Assembly: GCA_038496445.1 (NCBI GenBank) | Contig: JALMLS010000497.1 | Coordinates: 21,525 to 85,524, forward strand | Length of the DNA stretch: 64,000 bases | Source of the DNA: Trichosphaerium sp. ATCC 40318 | Taxonomy: Eukaryota; Protista; Tubulinea | Reading direction: 5' to 3' | Shown: one piece after another, positions 52,011 through 64,000 of the stretch | Layout: each line of letters starts with the position of its first letter | Position numbering within the stretch: the stretch's first letter is position 1 | Program-made: the position numbers and the translations under genes | Notes under the pieces: generated by a model | Databases searched by the model: none | Told to the model about the DNA's origin: nothing | What the model saw: the letters and a program-made list of their open reading frames with translations, nothing else

Positions 52011-55000
52011 ATGAGTCGCAGGAAGAAAAAGAAAAAGGTCTCTAAACCTCCAGTAGAAAGTGTTTCATACCATCAGCTGCTATCGTTTGTCAGAAAGGCG
52101 CAAGACTTGTTAAATAGCGAAAAACAAGTTCTACATGGACAGGTATCAACGCACGTGTTATTTCGCTTATCAAAAGAGTTTAGAGTAAAATAGATATCTT
52201 CGATGACATAACGGACTCTTTTCAAGCTATTGAGCCGAAATTCGCTGCCTGGAGAGCTAAAATAGAAGCAGAGGTACCTAAGGCATAAAAATAAGCGTTG
52301 TAGCATTAAAACAATCTCTGGACGTCTTGTGGTTTATTTGACATGCTTAAACATCATTTAGATCGCCGAAATAGACGCAAAGAAGCCTTGTTTTATAAAT
52401 GAAGCACCTCTGGAGATAATCGTTATGATTTTAGAAAACCTTCATTTACTTGATCTAACGGGACTTGAACTTGTTTCGAAACAGTTCAATGATGCATTCA
52501 GTATTGTCAGAAGGAAAACACTCGACTTTTATAGGTATGACAGTAAAAGCAAGTTTTTGTTAATCACGTGTTATAAGATGTTGGGATGTTACTGATAGTG
52601 CTATCTTAAGTATGGTTAAACCGGCACAGGACACTTTAGAGTTCCTCAGGTACCCCTATCTTTGTGATTTTTTGATTTTTGTCTTTGAGTTAATTCTGTT
52701 CGCACAGAAGTTTTGTCTTTGACTAATCACGTGTCAGTTTTCGTGAGTGTTGGTGGATATCGTTAAAAACGATAATTGAATGTATTAGCATATGTCCTAA
52801 CCTAAGGCATTTGGATCTTGTTGGATGGGAATGTTCTGGAGCTCGAACAAATCTTTTGTCTCTTTTTCGAGCTATCAGGCAACTCAAGCACTTAGTGCAC
52901 CTGGGGTTTGTGACTTCTTTTGATGTGGACTTTTTTGCCGTTTAGTCAGCACATTATTAATCTACACTCATAGGTTCCCTATGCGCCATGGAAGCGGCCC
53001 TCCTGAGATGGCAAGGGCCATAACTATGCCTTCAGTAAAACAAATTGAATTTCATTATTGTGGATCTTTAGAGGATGACTTCCTTGGCTGTTTTCCGAAC
53101 TTGGAAACAATAAAATCAACATTCTTTCTTAATTCTGCTAGTGTACAACAAGCCAACAACTGTAACTTGTTGAAGGTAAATTTGCTTCTAAGACGGAAAA
53201 ACAACAAAGATGTTATTGCTTACACTGTATGTAGTCATTCGTTGTTAAGCACCCAGCATACGTCAATGGACAAGATGGAAATAATGTCTCAGGTTCCCAA
53301 GATTTTATTTTTGGGAAGATACAGTTGCATGTAGTTTTAGAAACGTCTGGCAGTCTGTTAGTGTTTAAACAAATATTTACAACAGTTGATTTTTTTTTGC
53401 AGCAACTTTCTTACACATCAGCGTCATTGTTGACAAACATAACAAGGTTATCAATGGGAATCGGATCAGTTCAAATAAATTTGAAAAAAGTGTCTGAAAG
53501 CCTACCTAACCTATTGGACTTGACAATTCAAGCAGGTACACTTTTTTTTGCATAGTTTTCTTGTCATCTTGTTTCACGATGGTGATTGATGGCAGCTGTG
53601 TTTGTAACAAACCAAATAGGAGATTTAAACCAAGCGATTATATTTGAAAGAATTAGAAGGGTTCCTGGTTTATTTTGTCCAAGAGGTTCCATAGGTACTC
53701 TTTACCAAGTCTTCAAGATGTTGACATTATTCAAAGCACTGTTTCAAAAATTGCAGCGATTGAATTTGACATTGGGTCTTTATGGAATAACGAATGCATC
53801 AATGTTCCTTAACAGGTGTTACCAATTTTTTTGACATCCTATAGCTCTAACTGTGAAAAATGAATTATAGCTTACCTGATTCTATACGGGACTTAGAACT
53901 GATTATGCCTGCCAGAATGGACCCTTGTGAAACTACTTTTAAAGGTATACTATTACCTATTGTCTAAGTTTCTAACTGCTTCTAAATAGAAGCTGATTTG
54001 ATTGAGTTGTTGAGGAGATTGGATTTGTGTACTTTGAAAGTAAGTCTGTAATATTATCAACTTAAACACGTGGTGTTTGTCAATGAAGCTTTTATAATTC
54101 ATATGTTAATTCTAAGGCTAACAATTAACTAATTATAGCTTGGTATTATACCACCAGAAGAGCATCTTCGTGTGTTAACTGAATACTGGAGACTAAATTA
54201 TCTATCTCTTCCACAACACACTCCAATTGTAACTGCTGAGGTTATAAATGCTTTGTGTTCTTGTTCGATAACTACGCTTGCTTTAAACAATTGTGTGAGC
54301 ATCACAGAATCATCAATGGAAATGCTAACAAGTAAGATATTTCACAATTTCACTTGTGTTGATTTGTGATTTAGGGATTGCTGACGGGTTCGAATCTTTG
54401 TGTTTAACTAATATTATACAATGTTCAACTGAAAGTGTTGCTGGCCTTATAGGCAAGAGTATCAATTTAAAAGAACTTACACTGAAAAGTCACCTTGTTG
54501 GTGATCGTGTATGTATTGGTAAGTCAATAGCAACAGTATTGGAGCATAACAAGTACGAGAAGAAAATGTCTAAGAGTTCGATTGATTAACAAATACACAG
54601 GCTCTGGTTTCTTCGTCTTGGTATTCATGAAGCAACAGATGAAGCCCTTAAGCTTATACAAGGTTAACAGTACATTGGTCGTATTGATTAATAATACGTG
54701 TTTTTAGGGTCATGTTTGAGACGTGTTGTTTTGTTCAAAAGCGATGAATTTGAGCTTGATGCACTTCATGGGTTTATTACTAAGTCACCAAAACTTAGAA
54801 GTATTCATTTACATTGTGAATCAAGAAGGAGAAGATCCAAGTACTGGCATGTACTCAAAGGGTATTGTCAAACAATTTATGCTTCCCAAAAGCTTAGTAA
54901 CTGGTGTTTTGTTCTTACTCTTTTTTTTTCTGTAGTGCGCTTCAAACGTGCAAGAGAGAAGGAATGAATATTTACATATATGCTGGTAAAATATTGCGTT

Positions 55001-55089
55001 CAGATCCACCACCCATGTCCCTTACTAGTATTCATCCATCTTCCATTTATATGCCTATTCCATGTCGGAAAGAATTTGTGTTTAAATAA
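52011..55089 (+). CDS. F-box/LRR-repeat protein (many exons)
   Basis: Basic N-terminus MSRRKKKKK; F-box INEAPLEIIVMILENLSLLDLTGLELVSKQF; LRRs such as CPNLRHLDLVG, SLPNLLDLTI and LALNNCVSITE. Confidence 0.75.
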
Positions 55090-55787
55090 ATAATAGCTTG
55101 GTAACTTTTTTTTTTTGCCTTAACAAGCTCTAAAACTACATTATCATTGCAGTCTTCACTAGTTCATTCCATAAATCTTCGACTTGCTTGATGAGAAAGC
55201 ATCTACCTCTTCCATTGCATGAGAATTGACGGTATTAGCTTGTGGTACTTACTAGATTACAAGAAGTTTCGATTTGACTCGTTTAATAAAAACCTTTGGA
55301 TCACGTGATTTGAGCGTCCGTTGTCCCGTAAGTATTGTTACAAGAGTTTTTTAGTCGCTTACCAAAGTAAAAGAAAGGAGGTACCATTACGGTTCCTAAA
55401 GTGAAAATTCAACGAACAAGAGTGTTACCACTCTTGCTTCGCGTGACGGCAAGGTTCGGCCTTTCTTTATACGTACGTTTGGAATACTGTATTTAACTTT
55501 CATGTCCACGTCGTCCTTTATTTGAAGTGCGGAAAAGTGCTGTAAAAGTTCAAGGTGGAACGAAAACACGATAAATATCCAGGACTTTCTCCTTTCGCCA
55601 TACTGGGAAAAAAGATACAAAAAAACATGTTCACGTGAATTCGGCCGAAACTATCGGCCACGGAGTAGGTAATAAAATCGCAACTACATGGTAGTATGCT
55701 GCTGATACATGCGATGCAGAAAGCAGTTATGGACAATTTTAATAAAAACGTGTTCGCTTTGACACAAATCGAGACTACAAACAAACA

Positions 55788-56637
55788 ATGCACCTTCTCC
55801 TAGTATCGCTTTCTGTTCTCTTCCTAGCTTACTCTTCTCTCGCATGTACTTGTCTGGTTAGAACAGAACAAGAGATATACTGCGATTCTAACGCTGTACT
55901 ACGCGTTCGCATTGGGCGGGAGCTCACTGCCTCAACTTTTGGAACCCGTCGCTTTTTAGCTTCTGTGCAGCAAGTGTTCAAGTTCCCAGGATCCCGAACA
56001 CCAAGAAGAGTAATAGTAGCTACAGGGTACATAACGGATAATTCTTGTGAACAGCTTTTAAGCTAACTATGATTGGTTTAGAGCAAACTCAGCCGCATGT
56101 GGAGTTAACTTCATTTCTGGACAAGTACGAATTTGTTTCTTCTTTTCTTGCGTTTAAAACTATAGTTTATCGTGTTCTTGGGCTATAATAAATACAGCCT
56201 CAACTTTACAACGAATACAAAAGGATAATTTTACCTTCCACGTGGCATTACTTTTTTATCTGTTTATTTTTTTTCTCGTATTTTTCCCAACTCTTTTCGT
56301 GTGCTTATTTAGAACTTAGACATATCTTATCCCTGGCAATGTAGCACGAGGTAATTTGAGAGAAGTATTTGTTTCAAGCTGTAACATGGGCGGATTTTGC
56401 AACGTACCTTCAGATGATAGTGTTTGCGATCCAAACCCAAGCTGCGTTTTCTGCACTTTGGCTCTTCCATTTTGCAAAACTGGATGTACCAAGTGCCAAA
56501 TCACACCACAAACATGCCAAGCATGCTCAAGCGCTTTATGCTGTGATAATGTTCGTTGTGGACCTCCTGTAACATGTACAACTGGATGCACAGTAGATAC
56601 ATCCACCTGTTGTGGAAGTAAATGCATACCAGCATAG
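55788..56637 (+). CDS. Secreted TIMP/NTR-domain protein with a Cys-rich C-terminus (3 exons)
   Basis: Signal peptide ending SLA, then CTC...QEIYCDSNAVLRVRI...VQQVFK...ATG/ANSAACGVNFISGQ/TYLIPG...SSCN (TIMP N-domain pattern). C-terminal CVFC..PFC..C..C....QTC..C....C and further Cys. Confidence 0.7.
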
Positions 56638-56877
56638 AGAATAAACAAGCATCATACTCTTTTTAGTTTTGGATGCCTTTCAATATTGTCATGTTGCTTA
56701 CCAAAGTAATGCTGTTAGCTATGATTCTTTTAGTATTTTAAGTGTTAAATAAACTTACTGGAGGGTATTTGAAAAGGTTTTAAGGATTTAAAGAGTAACA
56801 GATTTTTCTCTTTTTGTTTTAACCGAAATCCAACAAAAGAAGACTGTAAGAGAACCAGACATTTATCACGGTACAAC

Positions 56878-59800
56878 TTAATAACGGGCATTTATTTCAA
56901 ATGTCCCTATTTTAGGATGCGATAGACTATCTTTTACATCTCGCATGTGACTGTTATACTCATGGCAGTGTAATAATGATTCTAAAGTTTCAGTTTAGTA
57001 AAAGTGTTTTACAAAACAACCTATACACTTACCAATCCTCGGTATCTCATCTCTGACACCGCGCCTTCCAGTTAATTTATAACGCATTTTCTGTCTATCT
57101 TTGTGTTGTATTGTTTTAATTTTACTCACATCAACCTAGAGACTGTTAGTGGTGAAAACGTTGTGATATTCATTTTTTTTAATTGTACCTTGCGTAATGA
57201 ATTACAGTTTTCTTTGATTATGTTGAGTGTTTTTATACTTATACATGTTGAAGCAAGTCCAAGATTAACAAGGTTAGGAAAAGGAAATACTTTTGAAGTA
57301 GTTAGGTTTAGCCCTTTATCACCAATACATGAGTTTCCGTTTATATCTAATGTCCTCATGTTCATCATCGGCTTATTACCCCATGATATACTTGTAAGCT
57401 GATAACACCTTGGAAGTTGGGCAGTGACCAACTGTGGTGTGTTAAACTCTATTTGCGATATTTTAAACATCGCGCTGAGCGCTGAAAAAAAAACATTAAT
57501 ATCACGTGAGAACTACAGAAGACACTCAAAGAGCGTTGGCAATTTTGCAAGGTAGTAGTTTAGATACGTACTGATAGTAATCAAGGTACTATTTTGTATA
57601 TCTAGTTCAGTGACACCTGTAAAGTTAGAAATGAAAAGAGTTTCCAATTGTATTAAGCTGTGAATCATGTTTGTGAAGTTAATTGAGTATACATTGTTCA
57701 TCACGGAAAATCTGAGTTGTTTGATTTTGTTTGTACGATTAGAGAGTCTAGGCAGAGCGCCTGAGACATCAAGATGTCGCTACAACAATAAACAAAAGAG
57801 ATAAAACAGGATAAACCAAGGAAAGAATTTAAAGTAACATTTTTTTTTTTTGGTGCTTGATGAAGGGAAAAGACGTACAAGATTTGGACAATCTATGAAT
57901 GGCCCATCAGCTTTTCCTATTGCTAAAGCCATATACACCACTGTTTCATTACACAGCGAATATGAGTCTATTATTCCATAGATATAACAATATTTTAACA
58001 TTTTACTTCTCATCATTGCTTCAATGCACTTACTGGTTGCTACGTTTTGGTATTGTGAGTCAAGCACTAGTTTTAGATAATAATAATGTCAAGCTATCAT
58101 CAGCTGCTTAAAAAACGTTTCAGGTTTTCTTGTTTTTTTCAGTTCTTTTGAAGAAACTAGTAAATGACGAAAATACAAAGAAAAACGTTCATGTTTCAGT
58201 TGACTTATTTTGTGTTTAAATCCAAATTCCAAAACTGTAGAATACCAGTAGCACTGAAGCATTCAAGGACAGGAAATTCTACAGTGTCTGATGTAATTAA
58301 CATTAGAGTTCTTGAACTGAAATGTCGAAGCTTAGGAAAGTTTGTGTTTGCAGGTATTTCAATACTTTGAGCACTTGCAATAATAGTAAGTATTTCAACG
58401 CTTTCTGTAGATCTACAATATAAATGTAAGATATCAGAGTTGACTACAAGTTTGTTTAGCATTGAGAAAGTCGCACAGTTGTGGGAGTTTGCTAGTTTCT
58501 ACAAAGCGAAGTTTTGTGCAGTTGAGATTTGTAACCTTACAGTTGTATGCGCTCGTAAAGTTTATAAGCTTCGGACAGTTTAATGTAACTTCAGTTGCAA
58601 ACACATAAGCTGCCGTAAGATTGGACGCTTCAATAGAAACCTACAAAAGGTAAAGATACCATCTATAAATAATTTTAAACGCACATGACTATTGTAACTA
58701 GCTATAGTTAGTTTAAGCAATGATTCTGATTTTATGTTAATTTCTGATAAATCATGATTAGTAACACGCAAGCATAGACCTTCAAGATTCTTGGCCAGGT
58801 CTAGAATATGTTCTACCTAATCAAAAACACAATAAATAATACGAAATGTCAAACGAATTTCTGAGCATACAGCATCTTTAGAGAGACGGATTTGAGTCAA
58901 TTTCAAGTTCTTGAGCAGCGGCAACTCAAGAAAAAAGTCCTTCTGAAAATGTACTTGAGAAATCTGAAGCTCACTACAGTACAACGTAGTTATTAGTCGC
59001 ACATACATATGTATAAATTGAGGATACAAATTACGTACTGAACATGTGGAAGGCTCATTTTAAAGTCATTGGCATACTGTGTATTAATGTTAGCCATTCT
59101 GCGCAAGCTACCAAAACCCACAAGTGCAAGACTTGTTATGTTCTGTAGAAGTTTAACACCATCAAGCATTGCAATAAACTCTTTTGCCCCTCCCGCATTG
59201 TGTATGTGCATTGTTTTACACCTAGAGAAAACGTGTTATGAAGGCAATTGCTCAAAGTTTAAATGACTCAGTCAATAATCAAGTCAAGTAGAACAAAGCA
59301 TTATTCAAAAAATGAGTTCAGTTTTGTAGAACATACGCTTTAAGTAGGTGAAAAAGTTCTATCTTAAATGATGATAACCCAACTTTGAGGTGTTTCAAGT
59401 GATTCAGTTTACCCCTATGCGTCGATTATTACCAGTCACATTTTTTGTTTTTTCTAATGTCCGACATCACGTACTCTTTCAGAAGGTGAACAATAAGATC
59501 ATACAGTTTGTAATGGCAAACAGATTTTTTAATTGAAAGCGTTTGTAGAGGACAATGATTAGCTAGAGTGACAAGCCAATCAGCACACTCCAAAGGATCC
59601 TACAACAAAAAGCAAACGTTAGTATATAGTCAATGTATTTTGATGCCTCACGGTCTGTGTACTATACATAGGCCCATAGCAGTCTCCATAAAATTTTATC
59701 TTTTTTCTTTGACCTGTACTTGTCATCCAGTCTAAAGTCTGAAAGAGTAAGAAAAAACCGAGAATACAAGCGTGTTGACGGACCACAGACTTTAAATTGG

Positions 59801-60868
59801 TGCAGGCGGGAGCTATCTTTTTGATATCTCTTTAAAAATATAGTCAATACATCTTCAAAAGTATAGTATGCATGAGGAATGCGTACTCTTCCAAATTTCC
59901 GGGGTCAGAGACACCTAATAAACACAATTGTCAGAAATACTTAAACGGTCACACGTGGTTGTGTACATCCAAAGAAAATTGATCTAACTCTTGAATTCAT
60001 TTTTAACGCATTTTTTACGATCTTCTTTAAAGGTGTGTCATCATCTGCTTCCAAGTCACATGTGAGATCATGCCACAAGTGTCTTTGATAAATTTGTTCC
60101 CAATCCCGGCAAACAACAGAACAAGCGATTGAATCACGTTTACCCAAGAATTGAATGATATGTACCACTATTTCCAATGGCACACCGTCAAACTAAACAA
60201 TAACGATTAGCTTCGCAACTTCAACAAAATCACGTGATTGAGTATTGTTTTTAACATACCTTATTTGGGCCAACCTGGCGAGGTTCTTCTTCTGCGTCAA
60301 CGTTGTGCAAAGGTTCACGTGTCTCTTCTTTATCGCTTCTAGTTCAGATCTGGTAAGAAGATTGGCATTGCATAACTTACAAAGAGCTTGTATAGCTGAA
60401 ATCTTCTTTAACGTCTTGCTCTTCTACATCTTGTTGATCTTTGATAGTTTCTGGCTCAAATACTGTATCAACAAATAACGGTTTACTTGGAATTTCTTGA
60501 GTATGTACACCCACTGGGGTTTGTGGTGGAAGTGTATGCGCAGTGGGAAGCATATAGAGCTGTTTGGTAAAGAGTTGATTACGAAGATTGTGAATAGCTT
60601 CTAACAGCTTTCTACGCGTGACTGTAGGTAATTAAACATGTATTCATTCATAATGTAATTACTTACCAAAGTTAAAGCCAAATTCTTCTTTTAATACCGT
60701 TTCGTCAAGCTCCATGAGGTATTTTCCATCTATTTGTTGCTCTCTTTGGCATACAGTCAGTTAAAGATGAGTAATTGTCTAAACAAACCTCAACGTTGAT
60801 ATACATTGCTCCAAGCCTGCTATAGATAACCAGTGACTCACTTCAGCACACGTCCAGTGCCTATCCAT
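56878..60868 (-). CDS. SAM + F-box + LRR protein (many exons)
   Basis: MDRHWTCAEVSHWLSIAGLEQCISTLR/EQQIDGKYLMELDE...TRRKLLEAI (SAM); FDGVPLEIVVHIIQFLGKRDSIACSVVCRDW (F-box); LRR exons such as FPNLVNLGLASTCI and LPLLKNLKL. Confidence 0.8.
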
Positions 60869-61056
60869 CTTGTACAGAAGTATTTGACTAATGTTCTTTG
60901 CCAAAAAAACGATATTTGTCACGTGCTCCTAAAACGCCACAGAAACTTATTGGCATCACTTTGCGTGCTAGAACTACTTATTGCAAGATCGTTTGCCCTC
61001 ATAGAACTAGCATTATGCTGGTTATTGTGCTACGCTCCATAACAATACGACTATTG

Positions 61057-62160
61057 TTATTGGGTTGATCCAGAGAACATACGTTTTGAAATCGTATGCT
61101 TTTTTGACATTGCTGAGCGAATGTAATGTTTGTCGCTATCTCCTGTCAAACTCCATTTAGCTATATCCATATAGACAACCCTAGGCACACCCCCGTATGC
61201 CGCCAATGTAGCGCCAGTGATACGTCCTTGCCGACCACCAGCTCGTCCTTTGTGACCAGCGAACTTTGCTACTTCTTTAAATACTGTTGAAATACCTGCA
61301 GGTCCTAACCTTTTTGTTTTATCTTTCATGTGTGTGAAGAATGGCGTTGCTTTAAATGATCTGCAATACTTGATATAATCCTGTATAATCTTCACTGGAC
61401 ACATGATTTTGTCGTCAATAGCGTCAATACTCACAGTGTGAGGTATACCCGCTTGCGAAGTTTTCGTGCACATGAATGTAACGTCAATCATATTCTTCTC
61501 GCATTTGACATGTTGACGGTCCAATACTTCTGTAACTTTTGGACGTTGCATGCATCGTACATACAACGCGATAATCGCCGCGTTTCGAAAATAAACGAAC
61601 TCTCCGAATTTCTCTTTAGCTTCTAATCGCCAATGTCGTAGCCACGCCATGTCGAACAATGGCATCTTTTTCTTTCTCGGATGTGCGCGATTAATGCCTT
61701 CTTTGATCATTGTCAACACATTTGCACCAGCCTGTTTTGTAGGTGGTTCAAAGCCGGCAGCATTATGCATCATTGTAATAGCTGCTGATGCGATCTTGTA
61801 TACTGCTGTAGCGCCTTCTTGAAAACGTGCAGTAATGTATGCAGCTACTATCTGAGGTGTAGTTGGTAGTGATGAAAAATCATATATCTTGCAAAACTTG
61901 CAAAATCTTGACCATTCTCTACCGTAGGCGTTGTACGTGTTTAACGCGCGACTATCGCCTAAAAATGCACCCATTTGTCTTAAGAGCTTGTCGCTGACTG
62001 CACTGGTTGAAAGTGCATCGCGTAGTAGGTCCAGCGATCGTTCTTGTAGGGCTCCACGAAACCGCTGCCCCCAACCAGAAAAATATCCTGTCCTGAACCT
62101 AGCTCTATACAATCCGTCATCATCTGTTGTACAAGCGGCCACCAAGGTTGTGCTGTCCAC
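61057..62160 (-). CDS. Tyrosine recombinase of the DIRS element
   Basis: Core-binding part TYNAYGREWSRFCKFC...IVAAYI; catalytic residues in MQRP (R), TKTSQ (K), CPVK, GRQGR (H replaced), KW and KHYIR (Y). Confidence 0.85.
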   Translation of the reverse strand: MDSTTLVAACTTDDDGLYRARFRTGYFSGWGQRFRGALQERSLDLLRDALSTSAVSDKLLRQMGAFLGDSRALNTYNAYGREWSRFCKFCKIYDFSSLPTTPQIVAAYITARFQEGATAVYKIASAAITMMHNAAGFEPPTKQAGANVLTMIKEGINRAHPRKKKMPLFDMAWLRHWRLEAKEKFGEFVYFRNAAIIALYVRCMQRPKVTEVLDRQHVKCEKNMIDVTFMCTKTSQAGIPHTVSIDAIDDKIMCPVKIIQDYIKYCRSFKATPFFTHMKDKTKRLGPAGISTVFKEVAKFAGHKGRAGGRQGRITGATLAAYGGVPRVVYMDIAKWSLTGDSDKHYIRSAMSKKHTISKRMFSGSTQ

Positions 62161-63991
62161 TTTGGTAGTACGACGGTTGCTGTTGCTCCTTGCTCACGTA
62201 TGAGTTGGAGTACTGGTCCCACCAATCTCGCTGATGGGCACGCGTAATTTATCTCGTTGCGCCAATCTTGGGCCAACGCGTTCACGTTCTCGGTACCTGG
62301 TTGGTACCATCGCGAGTTGAACCGATCGAGCTGTGTGTTGAAGGCCGTAGCTAGCCTGTCGATCGTGTGTGGCCCAAACTTCTTGTTGATTCTGTGAAAA
62401 ACCTCTGGTCGGATCATCCAATCTTCTACGTCGATTAATCTGCTGGGCCAGTTGGCTGTATTTGCTGCCGACAGTATCCACTCTGGTTTTAATAGAGTGG
62501 CGTTCCTGTTTAAAAGGTGTAGCCAAATGTCTTTGACTATTTTGTCGCATGTTGGGTCTCTGGAACCCTTCCAAAGCCATGACACTACGCAAGTGTTGTC
62601 TATCATCAATTGTACAACGCGATTCGTAATCACGTTTTCGAATGAAATCAGGGCCAGTTGGACTGCTAACAACTCTAACATGTTGATGTGGAGACCTCGG
62701 TGATCTCCTTGCCAATTTCCTCTTGCTGGTTCTATGTCTTTGATTACTCCAGACCACGCCTCTTCTGACGCGTCCGTTTCTATCTGAAGAACTGTTTGTT
62801 TTCGCCAAATCGCTCTTCTGTTCCATTTCAAGAGTGCATCTCTTAACCATTGCACATCATTCTGCAGCTGAGGGTCTGGTCTGACCAGAGAATTCCAGTT
62901 TAGCCATCTTGATGTAACTTGACCGATAGTTCTGTAAAAACTTCGGCAAAACACTCTCGCCGGTGTAAATGCACTTTTGCATGCCATCAGTTTGCCAACT
63001 ACGCTTGATAACTCGCGTATGTGTACCAAATTCCTTCTTTTGATACTTCTTGCTACTTTCTTTAGCACTGTCCTTATATCTGCGATCTTCTTCATAGGTA
63101 CACGCAACTCTCCCAGCTTTGTGTCTATAATCATACCCAGATGTTCTATGACTTGTGTCGCTTCCCAATGTCCCTTGTCGGGCTGGTTTTGCCATCCTAA
63201 CTTGTCGTAAAGTGGCTTTATAATGTTGTCTCGCTGTCTCTCTAGTTTTGCTTTTGTACAGGCTGCTGTAATCCAATCGTCGATCCAAATTAGAAACACA
63301 ACGCCTAGTTCTCGGAGATAACGGACCATTTCTCTGTTGATCTTTGTGAAAAGCCACAGAGCGAAGCGTACTCCGAAAGGCATCCTCAACCATCTGTAAA
63401 CTTTCCCTTCCACTGGAAGCACAGCCACCATTGGCATCGTGGGTGCATCTTTATATGATGGAAGCCTGATTTGAAGTCGCCTGACGCCATCCACCACCCT
63501 AGACCTATTTGTGATAGAAAAACTTCCAGACTCTCGAATTTTGTGTAAGCCGGCTCAATACCATCATTCAATCCGCGTGCGTCGAAAACCATTCAAAACA
63601 ACGCTGCTGATTTTTTGGGCACAAAATGAACTGGACTGATGTGCCATGGATTGGTTTCTAACTGAATAACGCCTGTTTTCAATAATTCTTTTATTTCGGA
63701 ATCTCCAAACATTTCTTCTTCTTTGTTCTTTATCCAATTTCCGTGTTTGTGTTTCCAAGTTACTGAGCTGTCCATGAAAAATTCGAACCCATTCTTGATG
63801 CCCAGTACAATCCACTTCTGTGCCTTGATATCTCTCCAACCTTCCCATTTTAGAAAAGGCACTTGGGAAGTTGGAGGTTTGTCATTGTCCATGGCTGCAT
63901 CCACGACCTCTACCACTCCCTTTCTGGAATGGATTTCCGCTAGCGTGATACATAGTACCATCAGGTGCTGAACCACCATCAGAACGACCAC
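61980..63991 (-). pseudogene. Reverse transcriptase-RNase H-methyltransferase-like polyprotein, disrupted by one stop (63593-63595) and a frameshift (~63400)
   Basis: SPVHFVPKK, F*MVFDARGLN, DFKSGFHHI, MPFG, WIDD, HLGMIIDT; RNase H TDAS, HINMLELLAV, IDN; MTase-like HTIDRLAT...NALAQDW...YACP...PKWTAQPWWP. Confidence 0.88.
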
Positions 63992-64000
63992 AGGTCTAAA

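Larger units (their letters stand above)
60940..64000 (-). mobile_element. DIRS-type tyrosine-recombinase retrotransposon, degenerate, truncated by the window end
   Basis: RT, RNase H, methyltransferase-like and tyrosine-recombinase coding blocks in DIRS order, intronless, higher GC than the host genes. The boundary near 60940 is approximate. Confidence 0.9.

Noticed and set aside
55788-55799. TIMP-like gene and protease A both start ATGCACCTTCTC
   Set aside because: Only 12 nt of signal-peptide codons with no further similarity; probably coincidence.
62194-63595. TGA recoding (selenocysteine or alternative genetic code)
   Set aside because: TGA, TAA and TAG all terminate host genes here, and the element also has a frameshift, so decay is the simpler explanation.

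Overview
AT-rich, gene-dense nuclear DNA from a single-celled eukaryote with many short (about 40-250 nt) spliceosomal introns. The gene content (ROCO kinase, WNK kinase, many F-box proteins, DIRS-type retroelement) is consistent with an amoebozoan-like protist, but this is inference. Because of the introns the ORF track shows only exon fragments, so I rebuilt gene models by hand from splice signals; spans include introns and some exon boundaries are approximate. Content: seven F-box genes (two SAM-F-box-LRR paralogs, one of them cut by the window edge, plus two F-box-MORN, F-box-NHL, F-box-LRR and an unusual F-box-mitochondrial-carrier fusion); a peroxisomal-type carrier head-to-head with a GalT/HIT-like enzyme; two membrane-anchored reprolysin (M12B/ADAM-like) protease paralogs; a very large secreted mucin-like protein with a dead zinc-protease domain; a TIMP-like secreted inhibitor; ROCO, WNK and STE20-like (pseudo)kinases; NDUFS6; a PPR protein; a Ubl-UAS protein; an inverted duplication carrying two divergent 8-Cys secreted peptide genes; two MITEs; and a decaying DIRS-type tyrosine-recombinase retrotransposon. 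The most notable observations are (i) a TIMP-like inhibitor together with ADAM-like proteases and a pseudo-protease outside animals, (ii) the F-box-carrier fusion, (iii) strong CACGTG enrichment in introns and promoters that is conserved between paralogous introns, and (iv) four TGA nonsense codons in the retrotransposon, all compatible with CpG deamination.
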